From: Acetofilamentum sp.
GTDB lineage: Bacteria; Hydrothermota; 32-111
Reading direction: 5' to 3'
NCBI GenBank assembly: GCA_020721805.1
Contig: DYMB01000001.1
Coordinates: 243,149 to 307,148 of the forward strand
DNA: 64,000 bases
Shown: positions 9,001 through 15,896 of the stretch, in pieces
How the letters are laid out: every line of letters begins with the position of its first letter
How positions within the stretch are numbered: position 1 is the stretch's first letter
The notes under the pieces: model-generated
Database searches by the model: none
What the model was told of the DNA's origin: nothing
What the model saw: only the letters and a program-made list of their open reading frames with translations
Translations under genes and position numbers: made by a program

Positions 9001-10863
9001 CAGGAAAATTATCCAGAACTCACGAAACCACAGGAAGAATCTTTGAAAACATATGAAGCGGGTGGTGGAAGAATAGCGTATACTGGTCATGATTTTGGAT
9101 GGGCTATGGCTTCAAGTGATGGTTTTAGTGCTGTTGGAACAAACAGAGATGATTCGTTGTTTGTTATCAACTATATGATGGGAAGATATGTTGGTGATAT
9201 AACTGCAACCGGTAACTTCACATTATATGGTGTATCAGGTGATCCTATATCTGGTTCATATACAGGAGGTGTTCCATATAATCCATACAGACAAGGTGCC
9301 GATGGAGATTCTATGTATGGAGTTTCAAGTGCTTTTGTTGCTGGAACATCTACAAATGTTTGGAGATGGAACAATGCTTCAGGTCCAATTGTTGGAACAA
9401 AATGGGAATCAAACAACACTCTTGGAACAACAGGACAGGGTGTATGGGGCGGATATAAGACAAGGGTTATTTTCAACGCTTTTGAGATAACCCAGATAGA
9501 TACTACCGATCATACCTCAGCAACAAGAACAAATATTTTGAATAATGACCTTATCTGGCTTATAGGGCATGATCATCCTGATGTTTCAATAACATCACCA
9601 ACAACAGGCACAACATATACTACAAACACAATTTCTATAGAATGGAGTGCAACCGCTTATGGTGGTGCTGCAATAGATACAACATTCATTTACTATTCGC
9701 CTAACGGTGGTGATTCCTGGATACTTATTACTAAAGGGACAACTCTAACATCACCATACACATGGGATGTTTCAACACTTCTTAATGGAGTCAAATACAG
9801 GGTTAAGGTAAAAGTTAATGATAAAGATGTTTATCCTTCAATGAGTGGTGAAGCAACAACAGGTAACTTTACTATTTTAAGAAATGGTGGAGATTTCCTT
9901 GGTCCTATAATTTATGCTGGTTCAGTTCAGGCAAATCCATCACCTGTAGGTAACGCGGAAGGACTTGGAGTTCCAACATCATTTACTATCACAGCAACCC
10001 TTTCAGATTCAACAACCGGATTGTCAAATATTTCTGCTGCGGAATGGTCATATGGTTCAGAACCCGCACCAGCCGGTTCTGGAAATCCTATGAGTGCTGA
10101 TGATGGCACATTTGATAGTGTTATTGAAAAGGTTACAGCAAATGTTTCTTCAACAGTTGGATGGCCTGTTGGTGAAGTAAAGATTTGGGTCAGAGGTCGT
10201 GATGCTTCACCAGCAAAGAGTGCAAATAACTGGGGCGATGCATCTGAAGGATCGGTGGTAGTTGTTGATGATGCCACTACACTCACAAGGGTTCAGATGA
10301 CAGAGATATCAGCCATTTCCGATTTCAACTCCATAACCTTAAAATGGTCAACAACATCCGAAGTGAACAATGCTCAATGGATAATAGAAAAATCACTTGA
10401 TGGTAAGAATTTTGAAAAGATAGGCACATTGCTTGCAAAGAATAGACCATCAACCTATACTTTCACTGATACTAAAATAAATGGTGGCACGGTATATTAT
10501 TACAGAGTCTCCGATCTTTCAAAATCTGGTGTTAAGACAGAGCATCCAGTGATAAAAGTCGTAGCACAGGGTAAACCAAAACCTGTTTCATACGCTTTAA
10601 CACAGAATCAACCTAACCCATTTAACGATGTTACTATGATAGAGTTTGCGGTTCCAGTTAAAGGAAAGGTAAAACTTGAAGTTTACGATATAACTGGAAA
10701 ACTCGTAAAAACTCTTGTTAATGAGGTAAAGGATGTATCCTGGTATAAAGTTAGATGGGATGGTAAGGACAATTCTGGTAATCAGGTCTCTTCGGGTGTC
10801 TATTTCTACAAACTTTCAGCGTCAGATTATGAATCATCTCTTAAGATGACATACCTTAAATAA
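6019..10863 (+). CDS. Giant (1614 aa) secreted multidomain subtilase (S8) with FN3/Ig-like modules and C-terminal T9SS (FlgD-Ig-like, TIGR04183-type) domain
   Basis: RBS AAGGAGG at 6008-6014 and a signal peptide. Canonical S8 motifs: VNVTDSGI (Asp), HGTHVSGTVAG (His), FAAGNSGSN (Asn), GTSMATPFSAGAIALI (Ser). FN3-like segments follow (YYGTTTSLGSE...TPNTIYYYDV). The C-terminal LTQNQPNPFNDVTMIEF...LEVYDITGKLVKTL...WDGKDNSGNQVSSGVYFYKL is a T9SS sorting domain. Confidence 0.8.
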   Translation: MKKILNLMLLLSLLILFTGAKSFSQKSVDFNTSPVMNEGNFVNPLADGFKSVVKGKEMVKSLKDPNIIHLPYHDFDVRNGEPNIPSDLRAKSSKDGWNYYIVKFSGPVLEKYKSELSNYDVMFEWPIHNYGYIVKMNDVNIEKISKLPYVKFISLWHPAYKASPKFLNSKSEQKKEIVVRLFRNGSYYEVLNSLEKLGARIIDKSEPTTALATFLVEVPENMIAEIAKIKDVYLMMQYAKKYPLNDVGRSIIMNGSTTVGDTTIWKMGIHGAGQIVNVTDSGITIGHYAFYDPSVSLTTWGYYPTHRKVIAYLPTHPNFIDTLDFGDGNNHSYHGTHVSGTVAGDDSLPGGTSNYDGIAKHAKILFMDAGNTVDNGLWIPIDCYSMFDTMYVHGARITSNSYGPDVGTYPELGGAYDEGCQLADAYMWDHRDFNVHFAAGNSGSNAKTIAGTACAKDVYAAGSHPENSINNVSSFSSRGPTADGRYGVTLLTPGEAVRSADGSTSGSSSNYKDMDGTSMATPFSAGAIALIRDWLAQGFYPTGTKIPEHSITNPSSALIRALAVNSANDAGQTIPNNDYGFGRLQLNNALFFSDTAAHSPKAIVFDDNHEGVLTGEYVEYQFSLTDTSSELRVTLVWTDYPAPFFGDNSVTDTTLVNDLDLEVYNPSGALVSGTDHLNTIEQYRNTTPAKGIWKARVVATDCPVSPQPYAIVVTYNPLNVANGSVKFDKATYSTIDSIATLIVTDMNLPDNATFDINVYSQLGDTEYVTLTGTTGLFTGTVQMAYQAAISSNVNDGYLGVNKIDTIWAMYSDTNPAETLRARALIDNASFTIYNVRCEKAEGTRAFIAWSTTEPTTGKVYYGTTTSLGSETAENPNLVYEHSGDQAIIVSGLTPNTIYYYDVESRDNKGNSVRDDNNGSHYQFATVDLSSADILVVVTDDNLQGELFAHPEFLTYAIEQGGWNYAWYQTSLNNLGQLPVTDLLRNYKAIFLQSGQENYPELTKPQEESLKTYEAGGGRIAYTGHDFGWAMASSDGFSAVGTNRDDSLFVINYMMGRYVGDITATGNFTLYGVSGDPISGSYTGGVPYNPYRQGADGDSMYGVSSAFVAGTSTNVWRWNNASGPIVGTKWESNNTLGTTGQGVWGGYKTRVIFNAFEITQIDTTDHTSATRTNILNNDLIWLIGHDHPDVSITSPTTGTTYTTNTISIEWSATAYGGAAIDTTFIYYSPNGGDSWILITKGTTLTSPYTWDVSTLLNGVKYRVKVKVNDKDVYPSMSGEATTGNFTILRNGGDFLGPIIYAGSVQANPSPVGNAEGLGVPTSFTITATLSDSTTGLSNISAAEWSYGSEPAPAGSGNPMSADDGTFDSVIEKVTANVSSTVGWPVGEVKIWVRGRDASPAKSANNWGDASEGSVVVVDDATTLTRVQMTEISAISDFNSITLKWSTTSEVNNAQWIIEKSLDGKNFEKIGTLLAKNRPSTYTFTDTKINGGTVYYYRVSDLSKSGVKTEHPVIKVVAQGKPKPVSYALTQNQPNPFNDVTMIEFAVPVKGKVKLEVYDITGKLVKTLVNEVKDVSWYKVRWDGKDNSGNQVSSGVYFYKLSASDYESSLKMTYLK

Positions 10864-10882
10864 TATAAACTTCAATATAATA

Positions 10883-10911
10883 AAAAGCCCCCTTTGAAAG
10901 GGGGCTTTTTT
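10883..10911. terminator. Bidirectional intrinsic terminator between the convergent subtilase and lgt genes
   Basis: AAAAAGCCCCC-TTTGAAA-GGGGGCTTTTT is a GC stem flanked by an A-run and a T-run, so it works on both strands. It lies between stop codons at 10863 (+) and 10914 (-). Confidence 0.8.
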
Positions 10912-10913
10912 AT

Positions 10914-11726
10914 TTATTCTTTCTTTAATTGGATAAATCTCTTAATGAGTAGAATGAATGATACGGATACTATTAGAATTGAAGTTATCTGTGATAAGGA
11001 TAAAAATTTAAATACGAGAGCATTTTTTGAATACTCCCTTAAAAAATCAACAAAAAATCTTTCTGTTCCATATAATATAAAGAAAAGATAAAAGATGAAT
11101 CCATCAAAAAATCTTTTTTTATTGTAAAGGAAAAGAAGAAGAAAGAAAATTATTAAAGAGTAAAAAGATTCTATAAGTTGTGTTGGTATTACGGGAAGTG
11201 AATGTGTTGCGGTTCTATCTATTAATCCCTTTTCAAGTTGGTCATAGTAAGGAGGTGGTAAATGTAGAGCCGGGAATTTAACACCAAATCTATAGGATAT
11301 TTTCCCATAACAGCATCCATTTAAAAAACATCCTATTCTTCCGAAAAATATTCCAAGTGGAAAGGCTGTCATTATTATATCACCGATTTTTAGAATATCG
11401 AGTTTATTTCTTTTTATATAGATGAGACCTGCTATTATCCCACCAAAGAAGCCACCATAGAAGACCATACCACCTTCCCATATTTTAAATATGGAAAAAA
11501 GATTATCCTTATAGATGTTGAAATTTTCTAATATAAACCATAACCTTCCACCGATGATCCCGCCAACTATTATCCATACAGAAAGGTCAAAAAGAATATC
11601 TTTAGAAATCTTAGATTTTTTTGATAAATAATTTATCACGATAAGTGCTGAGAAGAAGGCTATAGCCTGCATCAAACCGTATGAATAAAGTGTGAAATTA
11701 CCAAATTGAAATATGACTCTATGCAT
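10914..11726 (-). CDS. lgt: Prolipoprotein diacylglyceryl transferase
   Basis: Lgt signature GRIGCFLNGCCYG, plus GGRLWFILENF and a G-rich helix (YGGFFGGIIAGL). Length 270 aa. Confidence 0.9.
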   Translation of the reverse strand: MHRVIFQFGNFTLYSYGLMQAIAFFSALIVINYLSKKSKISKDILFDLSVWIIVGGIIGGRLWFILENFNIYKDNLFSIFKIWEGGMVFYGGFFGGIIAGLIYIKRNKLDILKIGDIIMTAFPLGIFFGRIGCFLNGCCYGKISYRFGVKFPALHLPPPYYDQLEKGLIDRTATHSLPVIPTQLIESFYSLIIFFLLLFLYNKKRFFDGFIFYLFFILYGTERFFVDFLREYSKNALVFKFLSLSQITSILIVSVSFILLIKRFIQLKKE

Positions 11727-11727
11727 A

Positions 11728-12978
11728 TTAACCCCCTATAATTTTTTCTATATCTTTTATTCTTTTTGGTATTGAGAGCGAAAGGTTTTTATAACCATTT
11801 TTCGTAACAAGAATATCATCCTCTATTCTTATTCCAATATTCTCCTTTGGTATATATATACCCGGCTCTATCGTTAGGACCATACCATCCTTTAATTCCG
11901 GCATATATCTTGGTATCATTGAAATATCATGGGTATCAAGTCCAAGCATATGTCCAACAGAATGTGGATAATATTTTTTTAAATCCTTTTTATCCTGTAT
12001 ATATTTTAATTTTATGAGAAGTTTTGCTATAAGATCGTTTGTTTCTTCGTTTAAATCCTTTAAACTTATTCCAGGTCTTACAGAATCAATTATTTCCTCC
12101 TGAATTTCAAGAAGGGGAACATAAAGTTTTTTCTCCCTTTCTGAAAAATTTCTTTTTGGTGGAAAAACTCTTGTTATATCAGCCGAATAAAAGTTGTATT
12201 CGGCACCACAATCTATTAAAATTAGATCATCCTTTTTTACTTTTTGATTATTTGAAGTATAATGCAATGTAGCGCCATTCTTTCCTGCTGCGACTATGGA
12301 GTTGAATGCTGGAATGAAAACACCATTTTTTAAAAAAATGTATTCAAGTTCCGCCTGTATCTGATATTCATACATTTCAGGTTCACTCTTTTTCATACAG
12401 TTTATTATACCTTCTTTTGTTATATCTATTGCTTTTTGAATCGATTCTATCTCATACTCATCCTTAATAGCTCTTAAAGGATAAATAAGATTGTTTACAG
12501 GGATAAAAGATCTTATCTGTGGAAAATGTTCTCTCAATTTTGAAATTTTGTAATGAGTGAAATCAAGCAATTCCCTTACCTGTGAATTCATAAAATCAAA
12601 ATAACATATAACACCGTTGTTAACATAGTTGCCAAAATAAAAATAAAAATCCTTGTTATAATAAACATTCTCTATTCCGGTTTCTTCTTTAACCTGAATA
12701 TCCGATTTCTTTTTCCCTGTCCATACCTCATAATATGGATTATTTTCTTCCACAAAAAGCATCTCCTTCTCTTCCTTTTCTCCTTTGCAGAGTAAAAGGC
12801 TTGAGTGTGGTTCCGTAAAACCTGTTAAATAAAAAAAGTTTGAACTCTGTCTGTATATGTAATTGTTTTCATTGTTCTTTTCTTTAAACGATGCTGATTC
12901 GAGTAGAAGGATAGAATTCTTTTCCATCATTTTTAATAGTTTTTCTCTTCTCTTTTTAAAGATTTTTTTTGGAATCAT
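11728..12978 (-). CDS. pepP: Xaa-Pro aminopeptidase (M24B family)
   Basis: M24 metal-binding motifs HSVGHMLGLDTHD, TIEPGIY and IRIEDDILVT. A creatinase-like N-terminal domain is present. Confidence 0.85.
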   Translation of the reverse strand: MIPKKIFKKRREKLLKMMEKNSILLLESASFKEKNNENNYIYRQSSNFFYLTGFTEPHSSLLLCKGEKEEKEMLFVEENNPYYEVWTGKKKSDIQVKEETGIENVYYNKDFYFYFGNYVNNGVICYFDFMNSQVRELLDFTHYKISKLREHFPQIRSFIPVNNLIYPLRAIKDEYEIESIQKAIDITKEGIINCMKKSEPEMYEYQIQAELEYIFLKNGVFIPAFNSIVAAGKNGATLHYTSNNQKVKKDDLILIDCGAEYNFYSADITRVFPPKRNFSEREKKLYVPLLEIQEEIIDSVRPGISLKDLNEETNDLIAKLLIKLKYIQDKKDLKKYYPHSVGHMLGLDTHDISMIPRYMPELKDGMVLTIEPGIYIPKENIGIRIEDDILVTKNGYKNLSLSIPKRIKDIEKIIGG

Positions 12979-12988
12979 TTTTTCTCCT

Positions 12989-13762
12989 TTATAATTTAAA
13001 AATTTCGAAATTGAATCTTTTTAATATTTTTTTTAAAACATTATAACCTGTTAATATATCACCCTCTTTGTGGGAATCTGAACCTGTTGAAACTATTTTT
13101 CCACCAAAATCTTTATACATTTCAAGAATCCCTTCAGAAGGAAACTGTTCTTCACAACTATGCCTTAAACCACTTGTGTTTATTTCAAGGATTATATTCT
13201 TTTTAATTATATTTTTCAAAATGTCTTTATATTCGTTTTCATATTTTTTAAAAGTTTCAATATGGGTTTTAAATTTTGAATATTTTTTATAATAATCAAT
13301 ATGACCGAGTATTTCAAAATCACCAAAATCGATTATCTTTCTTAACTGTTTGAAATAAGGCATATAATCAACATCAAAAATATTTTCTTTATCCTCTTCT
13401 ATCATCTTTATCCAGTTTGAGATAACGATACTGTTTACGAAATGGAGGGAAACTATTCTAAAATCAAAATTGAAAGTATGAAAACTTTTTTTTATCTTTT
13501 CTTCATATTCTTTTTCATATGAGGATTCTATACCATAAAAAAGAGTTATAGTTTTAAAATATTTTTTTTTTAATATTTTAAACTCTTCAAACTGTTCTTC
13601 ACCTTTATAAAAATTACAACCAGGATCGTTTTTGTTAAAATCAAGATGATCGGTGAAAGCAAAATATTTCACATTCTTTGATATCGCTTCTTTTACCATA
13701 TCCTCCATATTTCTTTTTGAATCATAAGAGTATCTTGAATGATTATGCAAATCTGAAATCAT
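12989..13762 (-). CDS. PHP-family phosphoesterase (histidinol-phosphatase HisJ/K-like)
   Basis: N-terminal PHP motif ISDLHNHSRYSYDS and later FTDHLDF and HID histidine clusters. Length 257 aa. Confidence 0.6.
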   Translation of the reverse strand: MISDLHNHSRYSYDSKRNMEDMVKEAISKNVKYFAFTDHLDFNKNDPGCNFYKGEEQFEEFKILKKKYFKTITLFYGIESSYEKEYEEKIKKSFHTFNFDFRIVSLHFVNSIVISNWIKMIEEDKENIFDVDYMPYFKQLRKIIDFGDFEILGHIDYYKKYSKFKTHIETFKKYENEYKDILKNIIKKNIILEINTSGLRHSCEEQFPSEGILEMYKDFGGKIVSTGSDSHKEGDILTGYNVLKKILKRFNFEIFKL

Positions 13763-13824
13763 ATTTAGTTAATTTTAACTATTTTAAAGTTTTAGTCAAC
13801 AATAAGCATTCTTTAAATTAAAGA

Positions 13825-13853
13825 TTGACACAACTCATTTTATTAAATAAAAT
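13825..13853 (+). promoter_or_regulatory. Sigma70-like promoter for the serine-biosynthesis pair: TTGACA, 17 nt, TAAAAT
   Basis: TTGACA at 13825-13830 and TAAAAT at 13848-13853. RBS AAGGAGG at 13872-13878 and ATG at 13882. It sits in the divergent intergenic region opposite the PHP gene. Confidence 0.45.
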
Positions 13854-13881
13854 TATAAAATAAATTATTGAAGGAGGATTT

Positions 13882-14949
13882 ATGCATAAAAAACTTTTCA
13901 TTCCAGGGCCAACCGAAGTTGTAAAAGAGGTAAGAGAGGCGATGGCATGTGAAATGATAGGACACAGAATGAAAGAATTTTCAGATCTTTACAATCAGGT
14001 TATCCCAAAATTGCAACAGGTTCTTTATACAAAAAATGCTGTTTTACTCTTCACATCTTCAGCGACAGGCTGTATGGAGAGTGTTGTGAGAAATCTTTCA
14101 AACAAAAAGATACTTTCCTGTATGTGTGGTGCCTTTTCGGATAGATGGCATGATATCGCTATAAAGAATGGTAAAAAAGCTGATCCTTTACAGATAGAGT
14201 GGGGTAAAGCGATAAAGCCAGAGATGATCGATGAAAAATTGAAAACCGGCGAGTATGACCTTGTTACACTTGTTCATAATGAAACCTCTACTGGAGTTAT
14301 GAATCCGATTAAAGAGATAGCCGAAGTTATGAAAAAATATCCAGATGTTATCTTTGCTGTTGATGCTGTATCATCTCTTACAGGTTATAAGATAGAGGTT
14401 GATGCACTTGGGATAGATATTATACTGGCAGGTGTTCAAAAATGCTTTGCACTTCCACCAGGACTTGCGGTTATGACCGTTTCAAAGAAGGCTGCTGAAA
14501 AAGCAAAGACTGTTGAAAACAGAGGTTATTATTTTGATATAGTTGATATGCTAAAGTACCATGAAAAAGGTCAAACACCATCAACACCATCCGTATCACA
14601 TATAAATGCCTTGAATGTCCAACTCGATAGAATGCTTGCAGAAGGTATGGAGAACAGGTTCGCAAGACACAAAAAAATGGCTGATATGATATTTACCTGG
14701 GCTAAAGAGAAAGGTATAGAGGGTTTCCCTGAAAAGGGTTATGAGTCAAGGACGGTTGTTACTTTGAAAAACAATAGAAATTTCAACATATCGGAACTCA
14801 ACAAAGAGTTGGGCAAAAGAGGTAAAACCATATCAAACGGATATGGTAAATTAAAGGAGATAACTTTTAGAATAGCAGCTATGGGAGATCTGATGCCACA
14901 GGATATAAAGGAACTTCTTGATGATATTAACGATATCCTTAAAATTTAA
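13882..14949 (+). CDS. Class V (AGXT-family) aminotransferase, probably phosphoserine aminotransferase
   Basis: N-terminal LFIPGPTEV typical of the SGAT/AGXT family, with a PLP-fold aminotransferase body. It is immediately followed by and co-oriented with serA. Confidence 0.7.
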   Translation: MHKKLFIPGPTEVVKEVREAMACEMIGHRMKEFSDLYNQVIPKLQQVLYTKNAVLLFTSSATGCMESVVRNLSNKKILSCMCGAFSDRWHDIAIKNGKKADPLQIEWGKAIKPEMIDEKLKTGEYDLVTLVHNETSTGVMNPIKEIAEVMKKYPDVIFAVDAVSSLTGYKIEVDALGIDIILAGVQKCFALPPGLAVMTVSKKAAEKAKTVENRGYYFDIVDMLKYHEKGQTPSTPSVSHINALNVQLDRMLAEGMENRFARHKKMADMIFTWAKEKGIEGFPEKGYESRTVVTLKNNRNFNISELNKELGKRGKTISNGYGKLKEITFRIAAMGDLMPQDIKELLDDINDILKI

Positions 14950-14959
14950 GGAGGAGATT

Positions 14960-15859
14960 ATGAAAATTCTTGTAAGCGATAAAATATCAGATACAGCGAT
15001 AAACCAGTTAAAAAATAATGGACACAATGTTGTAGTAAAGACTGGTCTTCCACCCGAGGAACTTGAAAAAGTTATAGTTGATTTTGATTGTATTGTCGTA
15101 AGAAGTGCTACAAAGGTTAAAAAGAATATAATAGATGCTGGGAAAAATCTTAAACTCATCATAAGAGGCGGTGTGGGAGTAGATAACATAGATGTTGAAT
15201 ATGCAAAATCAAAAAATATTGAAGTGAAAAATACTCCAGCAGCATCAAGTATCTCTGTAGCCGAACTTGCGATAGGTCATATGCTATCACTTTCACGAGC
15301 ACTGACCGTTGCTGATAAATCTATGAAGGATGGAAAGTGGGAAAAGAAAAAATTTGAAGGGTATGAACTATACAAAAAGACTCTTGGAATAATAGGACTT
15401 GGAAGAATTGGAAGGGAGACGGCAAGGATGGGGTTCTATGGATTCGAGATGAAAGTAATAGGTTACGATCCCTATGTGAAAGAAGTTTCAAATCCACCTG
15501 TAAATATGGTTTCGCTTGATACTCTTTTAAAAGAATCAGATTATATCTCATTGCACCTGCCTCTGACTGATGAAACAAAACATATGATATCCATTCAAGA
15601 GTTTAAAAAGATGAAAAAGAGTGCATTTTTTGTTTCATGTGCAAGAGGTGGAATAGTTGATGAAAACGGTTTGCTTGAGGCTTTAAAAACTGGATCTATA
15701 AGGGGTGCGGCACTCGATGTTTTTGAAGTTGAACCTCCAGTGGTAAATGAACTTTTCAAACTTGAAAATTTTGTTGCAACGCCTCATATCGGAGCACAAA
15801 CCTTTGAAGCTCAGGAAAGAATCGCAGACGAGATAGTAAGTATAATTTCCGAATATTGA
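14960..15859 (+). CDS. serA: D-3-phosphoglycerate dehydrogenase, short form
   Basis: D-isomer 2-hydroxyacid dehydrogenase motifs GIIGLGRIGRETA (NAD binding) and CARGGIVDE...ALDVFEVEPP. RBS GGAGGAG lies upstream of the ATG at 14960; the longer ORF from 14918 is unlikely. Confidence 0.85.
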   Translation: MKILVSDKISDTAINQLKNNGHNVVVKTGLPPEELEKVIVDFDCIVVRSATKVKKNIIDAGKNLKLIIRGGVGVDNIDVEYAKSKNIEVKNTPAASSISVAELAIGHMLSLSRALTVADKSMKDGKWEKKKFEGYELYKKTLGIIGLGRIGRETARMGFYGFEMKVIGYDPYVKEVSNPPVNMVSLDTLLKESDYISLHLPLTDETKHMISIQEFKKMKKSAFFVSCARGGIVDENGLLEALKTGSIRGAALDVFEVEPPVVNELFKLENFVATPHIGAQTFEAQERIADEIVSIISEY

Positions 15860-15863
15860 ATGA

Positions 15864-15896
15864 TGGAGGGATCCTTTAAGGATCCCCCTTCTTTAT
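15864..15896 (+). terminator. Intrinsic terminator hairpin after serA (GGGATCC-TTTAA-GGATCCC followed by a T-rich tract)
   Basis: A GC stem followed by CTTCTTT, directly after the serA stop. Confidence 0.5.

Noticed and set aside
9927-10286. 119-aa minus-strand ORF inside the giant subtilase gene, and other internal antisense ORFs (7223-7492, 9171-9490)
   Set aside because: Entirely nested antisense within a gene with intact catalytic motifs. No start or RBS support.
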